From Sedimentisphaerales bacterium (lineage in GTDB: Bacteria > Planctomycetota > Phycisphaerae > Sedimentisphaerales > Anaerobacaceae): a DNA stretch of 62,294 nucleotides. The translations under genes and the position numbers were made by a program. The stretch is taken from contig JBARPZ010000362.1 in NCBI GenBank assembly GCA_049643445.1, positions 1-62,294 of the forward strand, in the 5' to 3' direction. The notes below the pieces were generated by a model. The model was not told the DNA's origin and ran no database searches. It was given only the letters and a program-made list of their open reading frames with translations. Shown here one piece after another: positions 35,449 to 44,952 of this stretch; position 1 is the first letter of the stretch, and each line of letters begins with the position of its first letter.

Positions 35449-36996
35449 ATGCGGTTTTTTAAGAAAACAAGTCCACGGCGAAATCAGGTGCGCAAGAACA
35501 TTACTGCCGTGCGGTTCCTGCAAATAAGCCGGTTTGCCAACACCGACAGTTTAATCTCAGCTCTGCTATGGCTTCTTTTCGTCGGCCTCTGCGTCCTCAT
35601 TCTTTCGTTCAAACTAACGCAGCAGGGCCGTTATCGTGACCTGATACCTATAACAATCCTGGTAGTGTTGATTTCTTTAGCAGCAGCTTTCTATATCCAT
35701 CACTACCAGAAACGGATTATAGAAAACCACATCAGGGCTCTGGCACTGGTAGGCCTGTTTATCTTACTGTTAGCGACAACCAAATTCGCCGTGTTATCGA
35801 CCAGGCATACCCTCTGGGCCACCGGATCTGCCGTCACAGTAGCCATCATTTTGACAATCGCTTATGACCAGCGTTTTGCAATAGAGATGAGTATATTTTA
35901 TTGTCTGCTTGCCTGTTTTGCTGCAGGAGAACTCAGAACCAACCAGGAATATCAACTGACGAATATCAACCTGTTCCTGACAATGTCGGCCGGCGTAATT
36001 ACCTGCTGTTTTTCCCTGGGAGAAATCCGCACAAGAATGAAACTGCTCACGGTCAACAGCCTGGCAGCGATAATAGTGTTCATAACAGCAGGCACTTTAG
36101 CCTCTCTGGACTTTTTGGACAACAAGCTGCTTCTGCACCATGTCTTTAGTAACGCCGGCTATCACGCAGGCGCCGCACTGGGTGTTGGCCTGCTCATCCA
36201 GAGTCTACTTCCGCTTATCGAAAAGACCTTCCGAATAGCGACAAGCATGACTCTGTTAGACTATAGCGATGCCAACCAGCCGCTGTTGAAAAGACTCGCT
36301 ATGGAAGCTCCCGGCACATTCAGCCATAGTCTGCTGGTAGGTTCAGTTGCCGAGGGCGCCGCTGAGGCAATTAACTGTAACGGCCTTTTGTGCAGGGTCG
36401 GCGCTTATTACCACGATATTGGAAAAATCAATAAGCCCGGCTATTTCGTGGAAAACGAAATAGGCTCAACGAGTCGACATATTGAGCTCTCACCTGCGAT
36501 GAGTCAATTGATTATCGTCGGCCACGTCAAAGACGGAATAGAAATGGCCAAGGAATATGGCCTGCCCGCCGTGCTTCGGCAGTTCATTGAAACACACCAC
36601 GGAACTACCCTGGTCGAATATTTTTTCAGTGAGGCCAAAAAGAAAACAGATGAAAAACAGTCCCCGCCTTCTGAAAGTGAATTTCGATACGTGGGCCCGA
36701 AGCCTCGAACAAAAGAAGCAGCCATTGTAATGCTGGCCGACACCGCAGAAGGAGCCGTCAGGTCCATGCCCGCTGAATTGACCCCAACGAAAATAGAAAC
36801 AGCCGTGCATAATATAGCTATGAAACGTCTGCAGGACGGCCAATTCGATGAATGCGAGCTCTCTCTGCGAGAATTAAGCCAGATAGAGACAAGTATATCG
36901 AAAACCCTTGCGGCACACCATCACGCCCGAGTCGCATATCCAAAAGCGCCGGATGAACCGGAAGACACACAATCTCGACCCAAAAAAAACAATTAA
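35449..36996 (+). CDS. 7TM-HD membrane phosphohydrolase (PgpH/YqfF-like)
   Basis: It has an N-terminal polytopic region followed by an HD domain (GTFSHSLLVGSVAE, YYHDIGKINKP, HHGTTLVEYF). It occupies the conserved position between phoH and ybeY. Confidence 0.8.
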   Translation: MRFFKKTSPRRNQVRKNITAVRFLQISRFANTDSLISALLWLLFVGLCVLILSFKLTQQGRYRDLIPITILVVLISLAAAFYIHHYQKRIIENHIRALALVGLFILLLATTKFAVLSTRHTLWATGSAVTVAIILTIAYDQRFAIEMSIFYCLLACFAAGELRTNQEYQLTNINLFLTMSAGVITCCFSLGEIRTRMKLLTVNSLAAIIVFITAGTLASLDFLDNKLLLHHVFSNAGYHAGAALGVGLLIQSLLPLIEKTFRIATSMTLLDYSDANQPLLKRLAMEAPGTFSHSLLVGSVAEGAAEAINCNGLLCRVGAYYHDIGKINKPGYFVENEIGSTSRHIELSPAMSQLIIVGHVKDGIEMAKEYGLPAVLRQFIETHHGTTLVEYFFSEAKKKTDEKQSPPSESEFRYVGPKPRTKEAAIVMLADTAEGAVRSMPAELTPTKIETAVHNIAMKRLQDGQFDECELSLRELSQIETSISKTLAAHHHARVAYPKAPDEPEDTQSRPKKNN

Positions 36997-37001
36997 CAAT
37001 T

Positions 37002-37493
37002 ATGGCCCCTGCCAAACAAGAGCAAGATATAGTCGTTCAAATCGCCAAAAGTTTCGATGGGCTGGAAGTTGATTTTCCCAAGCTAACCAAACTGGTCAAA
37101 AGCGTCTGCTCCCGATTCAGGCCCTCAAAAGCGACCGTAAGTATCGCAATAGTTGATGACGCGGAAATACGCAGAGTAAACAAAAAGTTTCTAAGCTGCG
37201 ACCGTCCTACTGATTGTATGAGTTTCGATTTGTCGGACGAGAAGAGCCGCTCCAAAGCCACCAAATTATTCGAGCTTGTCGTTAACGGCGAAAGGGCGCT
37301 AAAAGAAGCAAAATTACGAGGTCATTCGGGCGAAGCTGAATTGGCACTTTACATAACCCATGGCCTGCTGCACAACCTTGGATTTGATGACGGCACAAAG
37401 GCCGAGGCCAAAAAAATGCACGATACCGAAGACGAAATCTTACAAGAACTTGGTTACGGTTTGGTATATAATAAGAGCAAGACTGTGCTGTGA
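37002..37493 (+). CDS. ybeY: rRNA maturation RNase YbeY
   Basis: 163 aa with the zinc motif ITHGLLHNLGFDD. Confidence 0.9.
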   Translation: MAPAKQEQDIVVQIAKSFDGLEVDFPKLTKLVKSVCSRFRPSKATVSIAIVDDAEIRRVNKKFLSCDRPTDCMSFDLSDEKSRSKATKLFELVVNGERALKEAKLRGHSGEAELALYITHGLLHNLGFDDGTKAEAKKMHDTEDEILQELGYGLVYNKSKTVL

Positions 37494-37538
37494 TTTACAC
37501 AGTGTAAATTTTGCGTTAAAGTAATTGAAAGGACTTAA

Positions 37539-38813
37539 GTGAGTATTGGCTGGATTTTGTTTCTGATTTGCATTCTCGCCGGTTGCGCGTTTTTTTTCTC
37601 CGTTAACGCCTCGGCGCTGAGGATATTTTCACTGGCAAAATTGCAGGATGCCTTCAAAGCGGTACACAGAGAAAACCTAACCGAAGGCCTTGTGGAAAAC
37701 GCCGAAAAACTGATTTTGACCTGCTCTTTATATCGGCTCATCACGAATTGCTGCATTTTGCTGCTATTGCTTCATGTCTTTGTGTCGCTTCACGAAAAGG
37801 GGCCTCAAATCAGCGACTATCTGCTTACGTTTATTATTGCGGTGGCGCTCTTTTCAATATTCAGCCTGGCCACCCCTCACGCGTGGGCAAAATATGCAGG
37901 GGAAAAGATTCTGTCCCGAACGTACAAACTTCTGATGCTCTCTGCTACTATGGCCCTGCCGGTTCTTTACGTCTTTGGCTTGTATGACAGGCTGATAAGG
38001 CGGCTGGCGGGCGTGGCAAAAACAACGCCTGAGGAACAGCAGGAAGAAAAGCAGGAAGAATTCCTGACCGACCTCGAGCAACACAGAATGGACGGCGTTG
38101 TTGACGAGGAAGAGCAGGAGATGATAGAAAGCGTCCTTGAATTGGACGAAACCAGCGCCGACGAAATTATGACTCCTCGCACCGATATCACGGCTGTTGA
38201 GGTCAATTCCGACCTGCAGACGGTCCTTGATACTATCTCCATCGCAGGGCATACGCGGGTACCGGTCTATGAGGAAAATATAGATAAAATCCTCGGGCTG
38301 ATTTATGCCAAGGACCTGCTGACCGAGATAGGGAAAGACCCGGCTGATTTTAAGCTGCGAAATAAAATGAGAGATGCTTATTTCGTTCCTGAAACAAAAC
38401 CTCTGAGAACCCTGCTCCACGAATTTCAATCTCGCAAGCTGCATATAGCCGTGGTGCTGGATGAATATGGGGGGACGGCGGGGATTGTTACTCTGGAGGA
38501 CATTATCGAGGAGCTGGTGGGCGAAATAACGGATGAATACGAGGAGACACCGCCCGAGCCGGTAAAGGAGATTGATAAAAACAGCTTTGAGGCCGACGCC
38601 AGGACATACGTGGATGACCTCAATGACCAGTTCGATTTGAACCTGCCGGAAGATGAGGATTATGACACTATAGGCGGGTTTGTGTTCTCGCACTTGGGGT
38701 ACATTCCCAAAACCGGGGAAAGCTTCGATTACAAAGGCCTGAAATTTACGATAGTTTCCGCTGAAGCAAGAAGAATAAAACGAATCAAAATCACCAGAAG
38801 TAAAGAACAATAA
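37539..38813 (+). CDS. HlyC/CorC-family transporter (DUF21-CBS pair-CorC_HlyC)
   Basis: It has a GTG start and an N-terminal TM region. The CBS region is ADEIMTPRTDI...GHTRVPVYEENIDKILGLIYAKDLL, followed by VVLDEYGGTAGIVTLEDIIEELVGEI and a C-terminal transporter-associated domain. Confidence 0.85.
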   Translation: MSIGWILFLICILAGCAFFFSVNASALRIFSLAKLQDAFKAVHRENLTEGLVENAEKLILTCSLYRLITNCCILLLLLHVFVSLHEKGPQISDYLLTFIIAVALFSIFSLATPHAWAKYAGEKILSRTYKLLMLSATMALPVLYVFGLYDRLIRRLAGVAKTTPEEQQEEKQEEFLTDLEQHRMDGVVDEEEQEMIESVLELDETSADEIMTPRTDITAVEVNSDLQTVLDTISIAGHTRVPVYEENIDKILGLIYAKDLLTEIGKDPADFKLRNKMRDAYFVPETKPLRTLLHEFQSRKLHIAVVLDEYGGTAGIVTLEDIIEELVGEITDEYEETPPEPVKEIDKNSFEADARTYVDDLNDQFDLNLPEDEDYDTIGGFVFSHLGYIPKTGESFDYKGLKFTIVSAEARRIKRIKITRSKEQ

Positions 38814-38858
38814 AAACATCCCTGTTCGATACTTTCGTTAAGTTCGTTTATTGATCTT

Positions 38859-39449
38859 TTACTCCTGCTTCTTCTCGCCTCTTCTCCAGCTTGTCGTTCT
38901 CAATTCCTTTAGGATCTCCTCAAATGTGGCCATCGCTGGATTCTTAACGACGTGTTCGTAAGACCCCAGAGGTATATCTCCCGAGAAGTCCCCAATCTCG
39001 AGTTCCAAGTGCTCTTCTTCCCTTACTTTTAACTCACGGGGCTCCAAGTACGAAAAAACTCGGACAAGCGCTTCCAGCGCCGGAAATACTGTCGCCGCTA
39101 AGTCCGTCGCCTTTAAGGCGTTGATCGAATTGTGCATCAATATGCCAAACTCTCTCACTTCCGTGTACAGTTTATTGGCCTCCCCTCCAACTCTTATCGT
39201 TGCATCTATCTTTTTTAATCTCTTCTGTACTTCTTGAATGAGCAATACGCTGGCCTTCGCCTCGCCATATCTTCTGTAGAATCCCGCCACAAATCTCGGA
39301 CCATTCTTGCCCGACCATGTTCGGGCGTTATAGAGGTACCAACTCTTGGGTGATAACATCCACCAAATCAACCACGCGAATATTTTTATCGCGATCCACA
39401 GTATTACCAAACCTGATAAAAATGCCAACACTAGCAGCACGATCTTCAT
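38859..39449 (-). CDS. hypothetical N-terminally anchored membrane protein (196 aa)
   Basis: It has the TM stretch MKIVLLVLAFLSGLVILWIAIKIFAWLIWWML followed by a helical soluble part. No motif is recognised. Confidence 0.5.
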   Translation of the reverse strand: MKIVLLVLAFLSGLVILWIAIKIFAWLIWWMLSPKSWYLYNARTWSGKNGPRFVAGFYRRYGEAKASVLLIQEVQKRLKKIDATIRVGGEANKLYTEVREFGILMHNSINALKATDLAATVFPALEALVRVFSYLEPRELKVREEEHLELEIGDFSGDIPLGSYEHVVKNPAMATFEEILKELRTTSWRRGEKKQE

Positions 39450-39818
39450 ATATCGAACACCTCGCTGACTCTTAGTAGAATCCTCACTACTAATTTTACA
39501 GAAAAATCAGAATAATAAGGGTCCGTTCACCTAAAAATCAGGGATAGGTCAACTATTTTTTCCACCCTATATTTCATTATAAAACCACAAACCCCAAATT
39601 TACCGTCAAAAAGGCTATCTACAATCGTTCACACAATTATCCCAACTGTGGTATTTTTGTCTATCGTGGAAAGTATGGGTTTTTAGGATTTTTTTCAATT
39701 AGGCAGTGGCCCCTGCCTTCGTTGAGGTTAGGCCGTTTTTTCCAGAAAAAACCGGATTTTTATTGTATATTTCGGGAAAGTTCAGTATAATACGAGCCGC
39801 CATAGAGATGGCAGATTA

Positions 39819-40292
39819 GCGGAGAACCGCACGAGCAGGGCAAGCCGCCCAAGTAAAATATCAATAATCAGTAAGAAAGGGCCCTATTCATGCACAAGTT
39901 GTTTGAAATTCCCTCTATTACTCTGTTTCTTTGTGTATTTTGTGCATTTTTGTGGCTAAAAAATCCATTTAATCAGCGTAATCCGCGATTAATAAACGAC
40001 TTACGAAGTACGAAAGCTTACGTACGAAATTATAAACTTTTTTTGCAAAACGAACCCAAATTCCGAAAAAGTCAAATGAACGTAACTGGTTATATGAAAA
40101 GGGAATATGAACAAATGGACACTTGGTCAATTAGGAAAAACGAACCCAAAACGAACCCAAACGAACCCAATTAAAGCCAAAAAAATGCCAAAACGAACCC
40201 AATTCAAACCCAAACAAACCCAATTTCAGAGGCAAAAAAATGCTGCTGCATTCGACAATTAATGGACTGCGAAAGAGAGGCCTGATATTCTA
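39819..40292 (+). repeat. R2, the inverted partner of R1 (12560-13100)
   Basis: See R1 for the alignment. It ends in the 61-nt module GCAAAAAAATGCTGCTGCATTCGACAATTAATGGACTGCGAAAGAGAGGCCTGATATTCTAC (40230-40292). Confidence 0.75.
40138..40222. repeat. tandem array of eight 10-11-bp units, (A/T)ACGAACCCAA type
   Basis: Units end in CCAA at 40148, 40159, 40169, 40179, 40190, 40201, 40212 and 40222. It is the complement-strand counterpart of the array at 12626-12722. Confidence 0.9.
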
Positions 40293-40384
40293 CGTAAAAA
40301 GTGGCTTAGCGCCACAGCCGAGAAAGGGTGTTTTGGAAATCCCCGGTAAATACTATATTGTTCGTTTTTTAGAGGATTGTGAAA

Positions 40385-42061
40385 ATGACCTTAAAACAGA
40401 AGAAAATATTGCTTATTTCAGCGAGCGCTGTCTTTGCGGGTTTGTTTATTTGCCAGGCGGGTTACGGGGCAATCGCAAAGGATCTTGTTTATGCGAAGGT
40501 TGACGGTCGAGAGCTTAAACTTGATGTTTACCGGGATGAAACGGCCGAGCATAGCATGCCCCTGATAGTATGTGTTCACGGGGGTGCGTGGGAGGGTGGC
40601 AGCAAGGACTGGTGCCCGGCTGCGCGGATGGTGAAAAGCGGCTATGTCGTAGCGAGTATTAACTATCGGCTGAGTCAACACGCACCGTTCCCGGCGCAGA
40701 TACATGACTGCAAGGGTGCGATTCGGTGGCTGCGCGCCCACGCAGGTGATTATCATATCGACCCGAAGCGCGTTGGTGTATGGGGGGCCTCTGCGGGTGG
40801 ACATCTTGTTGCGCTTCTGGGGACAACAGAAGGCAATAAAGAGCTGGAAGGAACCGTCGGTGGTAACCTGGAGCATTCCAGCAGAGTTCAGGCGGTGTGT
40901 GATTTTTTCGGGCCGACCGATTTGTTCGGCTTTTACAAAGACAAGAAGAACCGTCACTACGATTATACGACGAGAGTGGTCGACAAGCTGCTTGGCGGGC
41001 CGATCGCGGAAAAGAAAGACCCGGCCGAATCGGCCAACCCGGTGAATCACATCAGCGCCGACGACAGCCCTTTTTTGATTATGCACGGGGACAAAGACGA
41101 CCTCGTGCCCATGAAACACAGCGAAATTCTGAATGAGGCATTGAAAAAGGCGGGTGTGCAAACAAGGCTGCATGTGGTAAAGGGGGCAGGTCACGGGTTC
41201 GGCGGTTTAGAAATCAACAAGATGGTCGACGAGTTTTTTGACAGGCACCTCAAGGCCAGGATCAGGCTGATCGTGAGAGGGGATGATATCGGCTCGTGCC
41301 ATTCGGCCAATGTGGCGTGTATCAAGTGCTACCAGGAAGGTATCGTTCGAACGGTTGAGCTGATGGTCCCGTGTCCCTGGTTTAAGGAAGCGGTGAAGAT
41401 TCTCAATGAGAATCCGGGACTTGATGTTGGAGTCCACCTGACGCTGACGAGTGAATGGGAGAATTACAAGTGGGGGCCGCTGACGAAAGCGCCGAGCCTT
41501 GTGGACGCTGACGGATATTTTTATCCGATGACAAGGCAGCGGGGGAATTTTCCGGCCAACACGGGTTTTCTGGAGGGTAATCCGAAACTTCAAGAGGTGG
41601 AAAAAGAGCTTCGTGCGCAGATCGAACTTGCGATTAAGCATGTCGATAATATCTCTCATCTGAGCTGCCATATGGGAACGGCGACCGCGACGCCGGAATT
41701 GAAAGCGTTAGTGAAAAAATTGTCCGGTGAATACAAGCTGCCTCTCGGGACACCAGGTGTAAAATATATGGGCAGCTTTGCGGGGGGAGCTTCGGTCGAT
41801 GAAAAGGTGGATGCGATGGTGAATATACTGGAGAACCTGGATGCGGGAACCTGGATCTACGTGGAACACCCCGGGCTGGATACACCGGAGATGAAAAATA
41901 TCGGGCACATAGGCTACTGGAATGTAGGCACAGACCGGGAAGCGGTCACGCGTGTCTTCACGAGCGAGAAGGTCAAAGCGGTGATTAAAAAGAGAGGAAT
42001 AGAGCTGATCAGCTATGCCGATTTTTACAAGCATCTGAAAAATCAGTTGCAAGAGAGATGA
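40385..42061 (+). CDS. fusion protein: alpha/beta-hydrolase esterase domain plus YdjC/ChbG-like carbohydrate deacetylase domain
   Basis: It has a signal peptide. The esterase motifs are VCVHGGAWEGG, GVWGASAGGHL and GDKDDLVP...GAGHGF. These are followed by LIVRGDDIGSCHSANVACIKCYQEGIVRTVELMVPCPW, typical of the YdjC family. ATG 40385 has the RBS AGAGGA; the ORF opens at GTG 40379. Confidence 0.7.
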   Translation: MTLKQKKILLISASAVFAGLFICQAGYGAIAKDLVYAKVDGRELKLDVYRDETAEHSMPLIVCVHGGAWEGGSKDWCPAARMVKSGYVVASINYRLSQHAPFPAQIHDCKGAIRWLRAHAGDYHIDPKRVGVWGASAGGHLVALLGTTEGNKELEGTVGGNLEHSSRVQAVCDFFGPTDLFGFYKDKKNRHYDYTTRVVDKLLGGPIAEKKDPAESANPVNHISADDSPFLIMHGDKDDLVPMKHSEILNEALKKAGVQTRLHVVKGAGHGFGGLEINKMVDEFFDRHLKARIRLIVRGDDIGSCHSANVACIKCYQEGIVRTVELMVPCPWFKEAVKILNENPGLDVGVHLTLTSEWENYKWGPLTKAPSLVDADGYFYPMTRQRGNFPANTGFLEGNPKLQEVEKELRAQIELAIKHVDNISHLSCHMGTATATPELKALVKKLSGEYKLPLGTPGVKYMGSFAGGASVDEKVDAMVNILENLDAGTWIYVEHPGLDTPEMKNIGHIGYWNVGTDREAVTRVFTSEKVKAVIKKRGIELISYADFYKHLKNQLQER

Positions 42062-42169
42062 ATTCAAGCGAAGCTAACAAGGGTAACAGGTAAATGACGG
42101 CACATCGTGTATTGTTCATTTTAGAGTATTATGAAATAATTTCCAACCGGGACGGGCGAGAGCAGAAAA

Positions 42170-42230
42170 GCAAAAAATGCTGCTGCGTTTGACAATTAAT
42201 GGACTGCGAAAGAGAGTGCTGATATTCTAC
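42170..42230 (+). repeat. R3, an isolated copy of the 61-nt module
   Basis: GCAAAAAATGCTGCTGCGTTTGACAATTAATGGACTGCGAAAGAGAGTGCTGATATTCTAC differs from 40230-40292 at about 5 positions. Confidence 0.7.
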
Positions 42231-42322
42231 TGGAAACAAAACCCGGCGATACAAGTGAGCAAGGATATATGGGAAATCGGAGCACTACAAACAGCAGACA
42301 ATGGTGAACGGAAGGAGCAGGA

Positions 42323-44809
42323 ATGATGAGAATGTATGCTGTAATCTTTGTCGCCCTCTTCGTGTGTCTGCCATGGTCCACAGTGGGACCGGCAGGCGAA
42401 GAGGCTTCGACGGTGGAAGGCTTTGACTACTTCGCAAACAACTGGAACGTCGTTGGCCTGAAAGACTATATTCACGGCAGCCGAATCACGCCCGATAACG
42501 AGCTGCTGCTTTCTGGCAAGACGGTGATACAAGTTCGCGTCGGCGCCAAGCGCAGGCCTTTGAGCCGGGCACACGGCAAGCGAGCAATGGACGGGTGGAT
42601 GCCTATTATCCTGGTCGAGGCCGTGGAAGGACCGGTTCGCTACGAGATTGCCTACTGGGCGACGCCGCTGCCGAATGTCAAGGATTGGCAGAAGGCGTTC
42701 GACTGGCCAACGGATGGCGAGAACTTCCTGGTCTGGATTCGAGTCAAGGCCACCAATACGTCCGAGGAACAGGTCCAGGCATACGTTGAAGTCGGGCCGA
42801 ACGTTCAAGTGAAGGCGCCGAGAACGCCGGAAGAACAGAGCGAAACAAAGAGCGACAAGGCCCCTACTCGCAAACATTCCTGGTCGTGGCGACTGCCGGG
42901 CGGCGGGTCGGCCGAGGGCGTCGGACGATACACATTCTTTGCCATCGACGAACCCGGCAAGTATGACCGAGAGGATGCACACTTGTGGCTCAAACGGACG
43001 GCAGAATACTGGCAGGGCGTGATTGATCGCGCGGCCAGGATAGAGGTGCCCTGCCGGAAGGCCACAGAAGCACTGCGGGCAGCCCACGTTTGCCAGTTGA
43101 TTGCCAACGACCATGGCGAGGTGCATGGCGGCGAGGATTTCTACGACACGTTCTACATACGCGATGGGGCCTACCAGGTGATGGAGCTTGAGGAAGCCGG
43201 TTTCATGGACACCGCCGCCAAGGCGATCGAACTCTACCTCGTGCGCCAGCGCGACGACGGCCGATTCGAATCGCAGAAGAACCAGTTCGACGCGAACGGC
43301 CAGGCCGTTTGGACTTTGTGGCAGTATTACAGGATTACGGGCGACCGCGGGTTTCTCAAGCGGGTGTACCCTCAGATGCTGCGTGCCGTGCGGTGGACGA
43401 TGAAGGCCCGACGCACGACTGCTTCGCCGTTTGCCGGTGTGCTGCCAACCGCCCCTGCCGACGGCGAGTGCCTCTGGGGCGGGGAATACCACATTGTCGG
43501 TTACGATTTGTGGAACCTGCGCGGAATGTTGTGCACGGCCGATGCCGCCCGCGTTCTGGGAAAGAAAGCCGACGAAAAACAACTGCGTGACGAGGTCAAG
43601 GACTACCGCGCCGCGATCGATGCGGCGTGGAAACATACCGGCTTCGAGCACTTCCCGCCGAGCTGGGAAGGACGCGGTACGCACTGGGGCAACACCGAGA
43701 CACTCTGGCCGACCGAGCTGTTCAAACGCGACGAGCCCCGCGTTGGGGCACTGAGCCGGTATGTCCGCAAGGATTTCGCCGGCGGGTACATCGAGGGAAC
43801 CATTCAGTGGAAGGGTACTGGAAACATCGAAGCCATCCATCCCTATATGGGCGCGTATACTACGATGACCGACCTGGTCCGCGGCCGAGACGAGCAGGTC
43901 GTCGAGGACTTCTACTGGTACCTGCTGCACTCGACGGCCGCCCATGCATTCCCCGAAGGTATCTACTACAAGAAACGCATGGCCTGGAGCCATACGATCC
44001 CGCACGTTACCGGCGCGTGCAACTATGCAATCATGCTTCGACATATGCTCGTCCATGAAGCCGGCGACGAATTGCACCTGCTCAGCGCGGTTCCCGACTG
44101 GTGGCTTGGCGACGGCGAGGAAATTCGCGTGGAACGTCTGCCCACACACTTCGGCCGGATGAATCTGACCATCCGGGGAAAAACCAGGGGCGTCGAAGTC
44201 GAACTTGAACCACCGAAACGAAACCCGCCAAAGCGGATCGTGCTCAGGCTGCCGAAGTCACGGCCGTTGGCAGGTTCACTCAAAGGCGTTGAAGTCGTGC
44301 AGCGAGCGGACCAGAAGAAGCGGTGGGATTTGCCAACGGTATTGGCACTGTATAAAGAGACGGCCGTCTGGCTCAAGCCCGATGCGGAAAGCCTGACCAC
44401 GGGAAAGCCGGCCACCTGTTCCCATGCCCTGGATCCTTTCCCCGCCCGACTTGCCAACGACGGTTTCGCCGGTTCGACCGATTCCTTTTGGGCTACGGAC
44501 ATCGTGAAGCATAAGGCGGGCGCGGCCTGGTGGCAGGTGGATTTGGGGAAAAGCACGACGGTTGGCCGTGTCGTGGTCGTCGGCTATTACGGCGATAAGC
44601 GCTATTACGGTTTCACGGTGGAAACATCGCTCGACAGCAAGACATGGGAGATGGTCGCCGACCGTCGTGACAACAAGGAATTTTCCACAGCGAAAGGTTA
44701 CACGTGCCGGTTCGACCCGCGCCAGGTCCGCTACATCCGCGTCACGCAGACGGCCAACTCAGCAAATACCGGACGACACCTGGTGGAAGTGATGGCGTAC
44801 AAGGAATGA
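42323..44809 (+). CDS. secreted six-hairpin-glycosidase-like protein with a C-terminal F5/8 type C (discoidin) domain
   Basis: 828 aa with a signal peptide. The central region has (alpha/alpha)6-like blocks (FYIRDGAYQVMELEEAGF, ANGQAVWTLWQYYRITGD). The C-terminus is NDGFAGSTDSFWATD...AWWQVDLGKSTTVGRVVVVGYY...RYIRVTQ. The 640-aa antisense ORF 42227-44149 is a shadow. Confidence 0.65.
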   Translation: MMRMYAVIFVALFVCLPWSTVGPAGEEASTVEGFDYFANNWNVVGLKDYIHGSRITPDNELLLSGKTVIQVRVGAKRRPLSRAHGKRAMDGWMPIILVEAVEGPVRYEIAYWATPLPNVKDWQKAFDWPTDGENFLVWIRVKATNTSEEQVQAYVEVGPNVQVKAPRTPEEQSETKSDKAPTRKHSWSWRLPGGGSAEGVGRYTFFAIDEPGKYDREDAHLWLKRTAEYWQGVIDRAARIEVPCRKATEALRAAHVCQLIANDHGEVHGGEDFYDTFYIRDGAYQVMELEEAGFMDTAAKAIELYLVRQRDDGRFESQKNQFDANGQAVWTLWQYYRITGDRGFLKRVYPQMLRAVRWTMKARRTTASPFAGVLPTAPADGECLWGGEYHIVGYDLWNLRGMLCTADAARVLGKKADEKQLRDEVKDYRAAIDAAWKHTGFEHFPPSWEGRGTHWGNTETLWPTELFKRDEPRVGALSRYVRKDFAGGYIEGTIQWKGTGNIEAIHPYMGAYTTMTDLVRGRDEQVVEDFYWYLLHSTAAHAFPEGIYYKKRMAWSHTIPHVTGACNYAIMLRHMLVHEAGDELHLLSAVPDWWLGDGEEIRVERLPTHFGRMNLTIRGKTRGVEVELEPPKRNPPKRIVLRLPKSRPLAGSLKGVEVVQRADQKKRWDLPTVLALYKETAVWLKPDAESLTTGKPATCSHALDPFPARLANDGFAGSTDSFWATDIVKHKAGAAWWQVDLGKSTTVGRVVVVGYYGDKRYYGFTVETSLDSKTWEMVADRRDNKEFSTAKGYTCRFDPRQVRYIRVTQTANSANTGRHLVEVMAYKE

Positions 44810-44952
44810 ACAAAGCAAACTGCTCGCGCGGCGATGGGCTTGTCCAGCCAAGCGACTGATTGACGATTGCCCGTTGAAGACGCTGTCCATTCACCGGCGC
44901 TGAAATGAAGATGGGATTCTAACATGACCAAGCGAAGCACGAAAGACGAAAA

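Noticed and set aside
37854-38819. 321-aa ORF antisense to the CorC/HlyC-family gene
   Set aside because: The plus-strand gene has clear DUF21/CBS/CorC motifs and conserved operon context (phoH-HD-ybeY-corC). The antisense product has no recognisable features, so I treat it as a shadow ORF.
40240-40503. MLL... ORFs opening in each copy of the 61-nt module (12322-12621 minus, 40240-40503 plus, 42177-42326 plus), considered as a conserved leader peptide
   Set aside because: Only about the first 14 codons are similar, because they lie inside the repeat. The lengths and downstream frames differ, and only the third copy ends in an ATGA overlap with the main gene. I keep this as a note inside the module finding, not as an annotated CDS.
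42227-44149. 640-aa ORF on the minus strand
   Set aside because: It is entirely antisense to the well-supported 828-aa glycosidase/discoidin gene. Its product is Arg/Gly/Pro/Ala-rich low-complexity sequence typical of shadow frames in GC-rich coding DNA, and no motifs are present.
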